Part shown: piece after piece, positions 11,188-23,600 of the stretch
How positions within the stretch are numbered: the first letter of the stretch is position 1
Layout: the number at the start of each line of letters is the position of its first letter
DNA from: Macrostomum hystrix
Lineage: Eukaryota > Animalia > Platyhelminthes
Direction of reading: 5' to 3'
Assembly: GCA_950097015.1 (NCBI GenBank)
Contig: CATNEN010000010.1
Span: 868,001 to 932,000, forward strand
Length of the DNA: 64,000 nt
Notes under the pieces: model-generated
The model's input: only the letters and a program-made list of their open reading frames with translations
Database searches by the model: none
What the model was told of the DNA's origin: nothing
Translations under genes and position numbers: made by a program

Positions 11188-14100
11188 CATAGTCAGGAAG
11201 GTGGCAGAGTGTGCGCCGGAACAAATTTTGGCCTCTCCCAAAATTGTGCGCCGTGCGCCGACACAAAAACCCTCGTGTGCGCCATTGTGCGCCCGCCACT
11301 ACCTGCCTTGTGACAATAAAATACCTTTTTTACAACATAGCAACAATTTTTGTGTGCCAATATTTTCAATAAACCCTACCCCTATAATATTTCTTATAGT
11401 TATTACTATGGTACAGGCATTCAAAGTAAAAAAATATTTTTGCTCACTTTTTTTATTCTTGCTTCAACATGTTTTGCAGTGCAGGGCCAAGGCCGGTTAT
11501 ATGTGTCGAGGACTTTGGACCATAGAACTGAAATTTGGCGGGTGCTATAAAATTTAACCTTTTGAAATAGCAATGAAAAAACAGCAGACTCAGTTTGGCG
11601 GGTTGGGGGTGTGGTACCATAGACAAAATTTCATTTCATTACAATTTCATTTAAATTACTCAGAATCAGCAGCTGCCACATCATTGTCTGCATCGGATTG
11701 GCTAGAAGATGGCAAATTACTGTGATGGTACTGACCAACAAATGGACACCGAGACTTCTTTGTCGTATGCCGGTCAACAACTTTGCTTACGATATACTTT
11801 CCATCAGCGCGGCCCCTCAGATCGTGAAAAAGGGCCCGCGGTGTGGTGCAAGTCCAAGAGCAGAGTTGCCAGTGTAGAAGGTATGAGCAGCTTCTTTGAG
11901 TAGCTGCTTCATTCCTTTTGTGCCGATTGATGGCAGCATCCAGCGAAGTTTTGACCGGAGGGCCAACGTCTCATTTGTCTGGCCGCCCTGCTGTTTGAGA
12001 TATTTTTTCGTACTCCTTGTCGACTGGCAGCTGTTTTGATGATGTGGAAAACTTATCTGAGAGAATCTTAACAGATTCTGAGAGTTGTTTGAAATCTTTT
12101 ACATGAGCAGCAAGCATTTGCGACTGCTCACTTAGAGCCTGCAGTACTGATTGAGCTAGGTCTGGGCTTAGCAGTAGCCCGGATGCTTGTGCAGCAGATG
12201 CTCCTGTGTTCATTATCGCAGTCGACATAACAGGATGCGCTTCCTATTTGAATGTAGTTTACATCTCCAATGAAAACATTTTCACACAAATGCTTAAAAG
12301 CTACAGACTAAAAGACAGAAACCTAAGTATATATTTCAGACAGGAAAAAAATTGTTTCTATTAAACCTATATTAAATGATCCACATAGACAGCCAATAAA
12401 CTGAATAATTCTTACCATACCAGTTGATGTCACTGACACATGGAGTATGGAATTAGATGCAGCCTCACCAGAAATAGTAGTAGTAGTAGTAGCAGTAGCA
12501 GTGGCAGTGGCAACATCAGCTTCAGCAGCAACAGCAACATTGTCATTATCAGAAGCTTCAGCAATATCCATATCCATAGTAATATTAACACAATCTCCAG
12601 CATCTGCTTCAGCATCATATTCATTTTCATCCTCAGCTTCAGCCTATGCCTCAGCCTCAAAATGTCGGTGCTTTAGTAGGCGCTAAACAACCAAAGAAGC
12701 ATGGTGAGCAAATTGAACATTAGTTTGACTGTTGTGTTGATTTTTTCTATGCCGTAACATAGAAGAATTATTGCCACGATGGATTCCGCACTTGGAAAGG
12801 GGCTTATTTGTGTCAGCTAGACATAGAAGGCAGTAGTGCTTGTTTGACTTTGACTTCTTAATTTTCTTTGCACTTGTGCAGCTAGCATCATCAACATCAG
12901 GCTCACATGTCTGCTGATTAATTTTATCAGTGTCATCTGAAGCTAAAGTAGATGCCTGAGCTGCAGAACGTTTATTTTGGCCAGCTGCTGCTGCTGAAGT
13001 AGAGGCAAAGCTAGAACTGCTAGAGCTAGTAGAGCAGCGCATAAATGACCAGGCTGTGTTGAGACCTGTGTATGTATGTGAGTCTGAGTCGTGACAAGTG
13101 ACATGTGTTAGTGTATGTGTATGTTAATATGTAATATGTAATATGTATGATTGTCATTGTATGTGTATTAATATATATTAAGAATACATCTAAGAAAATA
13201 ATAAATACGAATTCGGATTTAGGATAGGCCTAGGCCCTAGCCCTAGGGATTAGGCCATTAGGGAATAATTAATATTATACTATAGACTATAGTCAATGAC
13301 TCAATACTGACAATACAATACAATTAAAAAGTAAATTAGCTAGTGACTAGTCACTAGTGTATTGTATATTGTATAACTGTGTAGATACAAAACAAATTAG
13401 GACCTAGTCTACTTACAAATACAATTCAACTCAATATACTTTAATAGTCTATATTATTACTGCTTGTTTACCTTGTTTGTTCTTTGGTTTTGTAGATGAG
13501 TTACTAACTACCTCATGGACCTCCTCGATCTCATTCTCATTGTTATTGGCCTGACGACTCGGAGTCTGAGTCTGACTTTGACTCGGCGTCACCGTCGGCC
13601 TCAGATTCCGATTCCAATATTCATCTTCAATTTGATCTTGATCTGGATCTGGATCACTACTAGCATTTGCATTTGCATAAGGCGAACTCATTCTATTCTC
13701 ATAAATGAATAAATGAATGAAATAAATAAACGTTACACGAGAGTCGAGTCACGAGACAAGAGAATATAATGGTTAATACGGGATGGTTACGGGCTATCTA
13801 TATTATATTATGAGAAATTGAGATTGTTAAACCGAAAATAGAAATTTAAAAAAATTTTAATTTAATTTCTAATTTTTAAAACAAAACAAACATAAAAAGT
13901 AAGCAAATGGCAAAAAACAAAGGTAAAAAGGAAAAGGAAAATATTTTATTTTTTATTTTTTGGTAGAATGCAGTGTTACATTAGATAGAACAGTGAATAG
14001 TCTACTGTAACAAGTAACGACTTACATTGTTACATGGGATCGCCACAAGGGTAACGCTGCATGTGGCTCGGCGCCCGCCGCACCCCGCCGCGCCGCGCCG

Positions 14101-14248
14101 CCATGCGCCGGTGTCCTCTGGTGTGCGCCAGTGCGCCGCTGTGCGCTGTTGTGGCGCGCCGCTGTGCGCCGTTGTGCACCGTTGTGTGCCCAAAAAGGGC
14201 TTGTGTGCGCCGGAATTTTCCGACCAAACTGCCACCTTCCTGACTATG
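11188..14248 (-). mobile_element. 3061-bp non-autonomous DNA transposon with perfect 20-bp TIRs and an exact 10-bp TSD
   Basis: TIR CATAGTCAGGAAGGTGGCAG at 11188-11207, reverse complement at 14229-14248. Direct repeat GGCCATGGTC at 11178-11187 and 14249-14258. GTGCGCC-type subterminal repeats at both ends. Confidence 0.9.
11971..13691 (-). pseudogene. Spliced BED-zinc-finger protein (transposase N-terminus remnant) inside the 10-bp-TSD element
   Basis: Exon 13691-13472 (donor AAG|GTAAAC) splices in frame to 13065 (acceptor CACAG|), giving ...GLNTAWSFMRC...HYCLLC...GNNSSMLRHRKNQH. An acidic/Ala-Thr tract with two in-frame TAG stops follows. No DDE domain is visible. Confidence 0.65.
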
Positions 14249-14602
14249 GGCCATGGTCGCAACATTTTAAGCAATTGACAGAATTAATAGGAGTGTGCTT
14301 TTGCTAGTGTGCCAAGGACCTCCATGTGCTCCATGATTGTTACCAGGGTGCACTAGGAACCCCCTTGAGTGTGCCAGAATTTTTAATGGCAAAGACCACC
14401 CTTCCTGGTTGATATGTAATATATGGGACATACTTACTAAAGTCTAGACTAAAGTCTAGTTTGCTATTGCGCAAACTCCTAGTTTGCTGCATTAAATTAT
14501 TTTTACACTAAAAAAATCTTTTAAAAGTTAAAATGGCATGCATGGAAGTTAAAATGACAGAGTTAAACGTTTTAAAAGGATGTAGTCAACAATCAATAGT
14601 AA

Positions 14603-14763
14603 TGGGCAACCCAGTAGAGAAAGTTGCCAAATGTCTTCTCTCAGAAGAGGCGGTGCCAGAGATACTTGTTCAGGTGAGTGAGTCTTGAATAGTGTGTCAC
14701 ATGTGCCATGCATCCTCCGGAACTTGTCTTTCACTTGTGCCCACGATCCCTCAATGGTATTAG
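14603..14763 (-). pseudogene. Merlin/ISXO2-type transposase C-terminal fragment
   Basis: TNTIEGSWAQVKDKFRRMHGT...LFKTH matches the recalled IS1595/Merlin C-terminal motif NxIExxWxxxK...GxS. Confidence 0.7.
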
Positions 14764-14789
14764 TTACTATTGATTGTTGTTGACTATTT

Positions 14790-17750
14790 TTTGTGCTGCT
14801 GCATCTGCAGCCTCTCCTGCAGTGCTTCTTGGCATAGGCAGCAAATCTGTTCGGTTGCAGTGTGCACACAAGACTCCATGATAGGTACAAATGCATGGGC
14901 TCGTGAAATTACAAGGTCCTTTTCTTGAACTGTCTTGGCCTTAAGCCAGTCGACTGTGCAGTTCTGCTTAAACATCACAAATGATTCACGTGTCATGGCT
15001 CACATATTCAGCTTGCCCTGCACAGTGTGGTCCAATACGGCAAACATTCGCTTGCCTGCCATGTTGTCTTTGGGAACCTGAGCAGCGGCAGCAGTGTCCT
15101 TGGCAGACAAGCTTTGCAGGCGGCTTCCTGGGAGATGGTCTGCTACTTCTCGCCGCATCAGCACAAGCATATGGGCACAGAGAATCTGTAAAAATCATAA
15201 GTGTTAGAGGAGTATTTTCGTTTTGTTAAGAGCACTTAGTTCCCAAGAATCCAAGTTCCTAAGAATCCCAAGAAACTTAGTTCCCACTTACCTAGAAAGC
15301 TTGACCAACAAGGCAGTTCTCTTCTATGGACATGTCCTCTGAAGTCAGCGACTCCCAGGAGAGCTTGGCATTCAGATCCCAAAGCACTGGCTCCACTAAG
15401 CTCTGGGAAAGGGCCCTTCAGCTCCACCAATGGGAGAACAGTCTCCCCCGAAGGGACATCCACAAGCCACTGACAGGCAGTTTCATATGCCTATGAAGTG
15501 CCGGTTCATATCTATCAGTGTCACGCGGGTGTCTCGCAGCAGCAGCCACAGAGGGCGGATAAGAATCAGATCAAGCAAGCTGAGCACACAGCAGCCAGCA
15601 AGGAGCACTCTGGATGCCAGGTCGGCTTGCACCGCAAGCAGCAGGAGGTTCTTGCCATCTAACTCATTCAGAAAGGCAGAGAGAACTTCTCTCTGCCTAT
15701 ACACAAAGCCACCGTTAGGGAAGATGACATAGAGGTGGTTCCCACCGAAGTCCTCTAGTCTAAAGCTCAGCGCATTCCGCAATCCCAGGTAGGAATCAAG
15801 CGCTGCAAACACGCCTCTCTGCTCATTCCCAAGCCAATGAAATGCCTTGACGTGTAGATCAGACAATGGGTGCTGGACTCCATCTTAGATGGGAAGACGC
15901 ACCAGCACCAATTGGCTCAGAAGAGGCACACTTCTCAAAATCCAGAAGTGCCTTGTCAGCAACAGCAGCCGAATTAACAATAACATGCATACCTCAGAAG
16001 AGTGACACAACCAGCAGAGGCACCGCTACTCCCTGCAGATCAGCCAGCTGAGTATGCAAATCGTTAAGTAGAACCTGTATTTATTTGAGAAATGGGATGG
16101 GCATTTAGAAATGAAAATAGGTGAAATTTTAAGATTCGGTCAGTCCTTAGTCCTTAAGTGAAAAATGCATCAAAATTTATACAAACCTGTAGGCTCTTGT
16201 TAACAATGTGTCGGTCAGTCATGAGGAACTGGAAGTGCATAATCAGGTTGGCCTTCATCTCACGACGCTCCTCAGGACTATGCTGCACAGTGAGGGCGCA
16301 GAAGGTGTCCAGCAGATCGTCAATGGAAGCATCCATCTCACGGAGATATGTTATCGCAGTTCCACACTCGACCTCATGAAGCGACAGGCCAACAACCTAG
16401 CAGCTCCCAGTCAAGCCTGTGTCAACCTGAGAGTGAGATTTGAAAAAATTGCAGCCTTAGCTTAGGCACAGTAGTAGAACACAAACAACCAAGTAAAATG
16501 AGTGCACAACATGGTTATGTCAATGAGAACTATGATTTTTGTTTTTGGTTATGATGGGTTTTTCAGACTCACCTGGTACTCAGCATAATGATGTCCCTTC
16601 TTGGAAGTGCCATCAGTCATGATCGTCAAAGGGCGTCTGGGGGGCAGCCAGGATGCTATCCATCCCACTCGCCTTACCTAGGCAGTTGCCAATACAGAAT
16701 GCAGCAGTGGAAACCAGGGAATTTGATGGCAGCGACAGGGCATCCAACTCAGTGTCAAACAAGGTAACTCCTGATAAGACGTGTCGGATGCAGGGAGACA
16801 CATACCAAACTGGCACGTGGCAGTCAAGGACGAGCTTGATGCATGTCTCGATGACCCTGTTGGTAAGCTGCCAACCTCCGCAAGGGCGCGTCTCCATCGT
16901 CAAGACTCTGGCACTCTGTGCAGCCTCTTGCAAAACAGATGCCTCAGCCAGGCTGCTGTGAAGCTCATGGATGTGGCTCTGCAGTTCAATAACTGTCCAC
17001 TTGGCACTCTTTTCAGAAAGATCGGCTCTGGTCTGCTGTGTGATCATGAGGCGCAGCTGGCTGTTGGTCGCATGATCGTCTGCTCCTGCCGCTGGACTTT
17101 CAGATAAGATTTGGCCAGCTGAGCATGAACCAATCTAAGCTGACAAGCTGAGACTTTAGTACCTCGGCACTTGGCACGTTGGCTCACCAGGGCTTCCACC
17201 TCCTGCTGTTTTTGATGAAGCTTGGCATGCAGCTCCGAAATCACATCGGACAGAGCAGATTCGATGCCAGCGTGCTCTTCGACAGATATCGCAGAGGAAG
17301 CATGGCATCCACCAGCAGCTTCCTGTGCATCATCACTGCCATCACTGCCCTTGTACTCCAACTGCTCCACATTTTGCATCTCATGCAGGCGCTGCAGCTC
17401 TTGCAGGAGAACATTGGGAGGCTCGAAGACTTGGTCCATATAGTCCTGGAAGGTGGAGCTAGACTTTCCAGCCTCCAGCTCATCCTTGTGACACCTACGC
17501 AGGCCCTGGGAAACCTTTTTACAGTGGTCCACTTTGCGTAGCAGGGCATCTTTGGAGCTGAGACTGATGTGCATAGCTGGGAGTCCCATGGCACAAAAGA
17601 GGCATGTAGCCCTGGCACCACCAATCTCATGCTTCACCTCTGGTTGGATATCGTGACCAGATGCTCCATCAGGGAGGTTCCTCTTAGTCTTGGACTGGCT
17701 TTGGCCTTAGTCTTTAGGGTCAAAGCTGTAGCCATTATTTATAATGGCTG
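14790..17750 (-). pseudogene. Decayed, intron-containing cut-and-paste transposase with a hAT-like catalytic layout
   Basis: Fragments in order: coiled-coil region; MTDGTSKKGHHY (D; donor CAG|GTGAGT at ~16575); LMTDRHIVNK (D); LF*GMH (CxxH); GGNHLYVIF..NLLLLAVQADL..LAG; DNMAGKRMFAVLD...MFKQNCTVDWL. Many stops and frameshifts; TIRs were not found. Confidence 0.65.
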
Positions 17751-18821
17751 AAATCAAAACTGTCAGTCAGTGACTTATAGTAAAAGTCAATTAAATATGT
17801 AGAGTAGGCCTAAAGTGAACCATGGTAAATATACTTTCACCCCTACATTAAATTATGTACTATAAGCATAATATATATATTATAGTCAGAAGCTCTTCAC
17901 TTAAAAGCTATATAGCAACCAAATAGAAAGCATGTATCCATACAGTATAATGCTCCAAATATAGATACAAAAAAGGCAGAAAATTTTTTAAATAAATGTT
18001 CTCAGACTATATTAGTCAACAAAACTTTTCCACTGTATACTTATGGTAGTTCTTTACTTAAAAAATAGTTTCAACACAAGAAGCAACTTCAGTTACAAGA
18101 TTATGTGTCAAAGAAGTAAAATAGACACTGTAAAATGCATTGCTTGAAATTGCACTTATTTAAACATTCAAACAGCTTACCAAAAATACTTAGCACATAA
18201 ACATAGCCAAGTATATTCATTTAATGCAGATTTATTATATCTTTTAAATGAAACCAACTTCATGAGACTTGGTCACTTAATATTTAAGATACACACAGTT
18301 AAATGACGTTTTTCAAACTTTTACTACAAAAGGGACCATGAATTACAATGTTCTTATTGAAAGTAAAATGGCTATAACTTTTTTATTACCCAACCAAATT
18401 TCATGATCCAGGCCATTTTGTAATGCTGTTATGGCCTACTATCCCATTAACTAATCAGATGTGTGAAATTCTGAACTTTCAAAATCTCACTGGACAGCCT
18501 ACTATTAGCTAGTATAGCTAGCTAGTATGGATCATGCTTAGTGCACACCTGAGTATTGTGGCCGCTAGCCAAATAAGCGAGACGAGGCTGAGTCAAGTTA
18601 ACCAAAGGAGAGGGTGCTCTCTTGCATAGCGAGAGCCGTTTTTATATATTCTTGAACGTCACATGTACATCAATTAAATGGGTACACAATGAGCAGATGT
18701 GCACATAGGCCATTCACAACACTGAGCACTTGAAGACAAATCCCAAAACGCATGCCATTGGCATTGGACAACAAATGTGGAGGATACTAAGCCTACTTTT
18801 ATTAAAAAATACCAGAATAGT

Positions 18822-19447
18822 GGTCTATGTAAACACAGAATGGACCACAATAGGACTACAACAGACTAAAGTGGGACTGAGGCAGTAGCTTTTTTAATAT
18901 TTTTTTTTATAATATGGCTGAGCTCTCCTTATTTATGTTTAATTTTTATTTTAATTTAACTTAACAAAAACTTTAAAGTGAAACAAATTGAATTCAAATT
19001 TGTAAAAAGAAAAATATTTTCACACAAATTATAGCAAGCTACAATTTTTCATTTATTCAGTATTTGTCTTCATTTTTTATAAACTTGCATTTAGCTTACT
19101 TATGTCACTTTAGAGTGACATAAAAGTTTATGGCTATTATTAGACACAGGTAATCTGATCATTTTAGTGGCATGCTTTTTTGCTTGTTTTTTATAATAAA
19201 AATAAATTGTTTTCAATTAAAATCTGAACTTGCAGATATTTTACTAAAAATTACATAAGTATCTTATAATTATGTCGGATATAGTTTCACATAGCAAAAA
19301 AGTTTCACAATTGAGATTTCGAAATATCAACTAGACATCAGTAGGCCTAGAGCCAAATTATAAAATATAATATTAAAAATGATTGCCTTGGTCCTATTAT
19401 GGTCCCATTGTAGCCCATTGTGGTCCATTTTGGTACTTACACAGGCA
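18822..19447. mobile_element. Degenerate MITE-like element with imperfect inverted ends
   Basis: GTCTATGTAAACACAGAATGGACCACAATAGGACTACAA at ~18822-18861 versus the reverse complement of ~19385-19447 (GCCTGTGTAAGTACCAAAATGGACCACAATGGGCTACAATGG). The interior is AT-rich and non-coding. Confidence 0.4.
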
Positions 19448-20657
19448 CATAGCAATCACAATTTGATAAAAATCGAAATAACTATTAAAATATATTTGCA
19501 TTGAGTTACCTTTAAATAAAAACCCTTTAACCTATTTTTGGTATTTTATGTTTATGCTATTTTATAACTATGACATGTAAAACAAATAAAGAAAAAATGC
19601 AAAGTGAAAATGATCTACATTTAAAAGGAATATGTTACATTGTATGCAATATTTAGAGTATGCACTGTGTAACATATAGTTAGTATTCATAACTAAGTAT
19701 AATTTATAAAAATTTATAAACCTAATGTTATACATGTTTATAAATTACCTTTTGGTTAAAAAAATTGCTTGTCTTTTCCAGACTTCTCAACATGATTCCT
19801 TCAACCTTTTGTGATATCTGAATGGCTATGCATAAATTAGGCATGCTTAACATAATGAAGAGTAAGAACATTCTATTTTATATGAAAGACAGAAGCATTT
19901 TTTAATCAAAGTATTGGTCAATTCCAGTATATATAATATCTAATTTAGTAAAATTGATTATGATTTGTAGTGGCCAACTCCATGTATTATATAATAAGTT
20001 AATTTATTACATGCAATAAGTATAAGATAAGTTTATATCTAGGCTGGTTAAGCACTCAAACAAAGTAGAAGTCGATTAGTTTAACTGGATCCTCTCTTTT
20101 TATGATATAGCAAGATACACAAAAAATAGCACTAGGCATCATCACTACCTATCTCATTGACTTTTATTACCCCTACCCATTCAGTCCATTATGTTTAAGT
20201 CACACTTCTTTAAAAAATGATTAAACTTTTACATTTTTATAGACTGGTACATAATTTTTCTTCATTTTTTTTCATGAAAAAAAGAATTACGTAAAACTCA
20301 CTATATCTAATGTTTTAAAATTTCTAAACAAATTTACTTTTTTCCTGGCCTATAGTACAGGCCTTATTAAGCCTTATGTTCTATGAAGTATCTAGCCTAT
20401 TCTGATTCAACTATGAAAAGTTTGGCAACCAATGCTTTAGTTACACTGTGCCACTCGTATTAGAAACATAAAAGTATACTTAAGAAACAGAGAACTAACA
20501 CCATTCATTTTTATTCGACTATTTTTGAACGATAATGTATTTTAGACATAGAAATAGTTCTGCAATAAAGTAATAGACCAAACGAACCAAAACTAAGGCA
20601 TCCTCAGAATCAAAGGTCGTGAGTTTAAAGCTTGTCTGCATGCCTGTTGATTTCAGA

Positions 20658-23600
20658 ATGAACCGGGCAGCGCAGCAAGGCCAGAAGGAGGGCAGCGACT
20701 CCACTACTGGCAGGGTGCCAGCTGTCGGCTCAGGCAAGTCAGCGCAGTCGCAGCCAGCTGCCGGCGCCTCTGAGCCATCAGCGGCGCTCATCGGTGGCGG
20801 TAATGGTAACGGCGGAGCCAGTGGGGGCAGCAATAACAGCAATCTCAGCGCTGGTGGAAGCGGTACCAATAACAACAAGGTGCGTCGGGGCACGCGCGCC
20901 GGTCACAAGCGCCGGATGGAGGCCGCTACTGGCGCGGCCGTACCTGGCCAACACCCACAGGCATCCCAGCCCCAACCAGCTGGGGCTGGTGCTAAGCCGC
21001 AGCAGAACCCGCCGAAACAGCAGCAACAGCCGTCTAAACAGCCTCAACAGCAGCCTCAGCAACAGCAGGCGAGCAAACAGCCCAGTAAGCAACACCAGCA
21101 GCAGCCGCAGCAGCAAAAGCCTCAACAGAAGCAGCAGCAACAGCAAAAGCAGCAACAGAAGCAATTGCAGCAACAACATCCACAGCAGTCTCAGCAGCAG
21201 CCAGCCCAAAAGCGGCGGCGCTACGCTCGTGATGAGCTGTTGAAGCTGAGAGAGAACAAGCTGTCCAAGCTGTGGCCCCGGGAGCTCAATATGGCATTCA
21301 TTGGCGATGGTGGCCTGTGGGATCCGGTGAAGCTCTTCGACGGGGACAAGAAGGGCAGCAGCGACACGTCTACGGGCAAGTCGAAGATATTCAAGGGCGG
21401 TAAGTTCCGTGCTGTGCGCACTTTTGCAGCTTTTAGATAGCCTCTTTTCTATAAATTGAGCCTGACCATTGCTGTGCTCTCCCTACCTTTTCGCTTTTAA
21501 AACAATCATTGCAGACCGCGTGAAGGACGACGGCATTGTGCTCGGTCCGCAGAAGCGGCTCTGGGCCGCCCAGGGCTGCAATCCGCATCGGGCCAAAGCC
21601 GCCGCAGGTGCTGCCGATTCCGATGGCGGCGGCGGCGGCGGTGGTAGTCGTGAACGTGACAGGGAGCGGGGCGGTGATTCAGATCATTCGGCTGCTTCGA
21701 CGCCGACTCCGCTATCGGAAGTGGCCTCGGCGTCATCGACAGCTGCCGCAATCGTAGCAGCCTCGACAGCTGCAGCAGCTGCGGCTGCGGCTGCAGCCTC
21801 GGTTTCCATCGGTGGTGGCAAGCCGAATCGGCGAATTGAACGGCCGCCTCGCTTTCCTGCCCCTAGCAGTGGCGGCGGCGGCCAATGGGAGAGAAGCCAG
21901 CGGCCCAGAGAGGTCGTTCCACCGGCGCAGCAGCAGCAGCAGCATCAACCGCGCGGTGCCTACTACAATGACAACGAAACTCCCGCTTGGTTTGACGAAG
22001 GGCCGCTTGATAAGCGCGAGAAGCTCGAGCTGACTGGCTTGCCGGAGGAGTCCGCGCCCAGGCGCCAGCGGCCCCAGCCGACGGTAGCCAAGCCCTCCGA
22101 GCCGGCTTCGATCAAGGCGACGGCTACTGACAAGGCCAACTCCAGCACTGCTGGCACTGTGACCAAGGCTACAGCTGCCGCTAACACGGTGACGTCGACG
22201 ACCTCAACAGAGACTGTGAAGACATCCTCGGAGTCAACTGCCGTGCCAGCGAAGTCTGCGGCCTCTAAGGAGGCTCCGTCTGCAGTGGATTCTGTTCCAC
22301 CGGCTCCCAAGCACTCAGCTGCTCCACCAGCAGCCTCGACAGCCCTGGAGTTCGACCTCTCCGACCTGCTGATGCCGATACCTGAGCTGGTGGCGCCCGT
22401 TCAGCAGCCAGTGGCCCCCGCACCGTCCCGGGTGTCCAAGTGGCTCGGCACCGATCCTGGTGAAGCCGCAACGGCACATGCTTCTAAGCCAACGGCTGCC
22501 CCCGCCGCTCCTGCCGCTGCAGCTCCGCTAGCCGCTTCGGCAACGTCGTCTGCCAAGCCTGCAATGATAAACGCTGCCGCACCCTCCGCCAAGAAGCCAG
22601 CGGCGGCAAGCGCTGAAGTCGCCCATCTTCAACAGCTGCTTCTAAAGGACCTTCGCATTGGCCAACCGGCTAAGCCTCAGCAGCAGCAACAGTCGCCGCA
22701 GCTTCCTGGTCAACCTCAGCAGCAGCAACAGTCGCCGCAGCTTCCTGGTCAACCTCAGCAGGCGCAGCTGCCCACTCAGCCGCAGCAGCAGCTTCGTCAG
22801 CCAGCTCAGCCAAAGCAGGCACAGCCGGCTACACAGGCTTCTGCGTCAGCAAGTCGCCAGATGGACGCGCGCGAAGTCGAGGCCAACATCAAGTCGCTGC
22901 TGTTTGGTGGCTCCAAACCGGCCGCCGCTGCTCCTTCTTCAGCTCCCTCTGCGGCTACTGCTTCTGCTATGCATCCGCAATCCCAGTTTGGCTTGCCTCA
23001 CCAGTTTCAGCCAGCTCAGCAGCAGCAGCAAGTGCGCCAACTCATGCCTCAGCACCATCAAACGTTGCAATCGTCGCGTCCGTCTTCCATTCTGCAAGCC
23101 AAGACCCTGGAGGAAATCGAGGGCTCTCTGGCTGCCACCGCGGCGTCTTCAGGCACCCAACCTCCGGCCCCGCCTGCTGGGCTGCGCGCGCTGACCTCTG
23201 GCGCAGGGTTTGCCTATACCGCTCCAGCCGTATCAGCAGACAGCGGCCAGGCTGCAATTCAAAAGCTACTCAACCAGCTCAGCCAATCGACTCAAGCTGT
23301 GCAGCATCAACCACAGCGGCAGCAGCAGCAGCAACAACAGCAGTTTGTACACCAGCAGTTGTTCCAGCCGCAGCAGCAGCCGCATCCGCCAATGTCGCTG
23401 CCTCTGTCTTCTATTGCCACCCCGGCCTCCTCTGCCCACGGAGCCGCGCCCCGCGCTATTCAGCCACTGGATAGTCAGTTTTTCAGAGCACAGAGTCTTC
23501 AAGCTCAGCAGCAACAACAGCAGCAGCAGGTCCAACAGCATCAATTGCCAATGATGCAGCTGCAGCAGCTGCAGACGGCCCTAACACTTCAGATGCAGGC

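Noticed and set aside
14305-18552. TAGTGCAC-type motifs (14344-14355 and 18539-18552) as TIRs of the hAT-layout element
   Set aside because: They point outward rather than toward each other, and no TSD was found.
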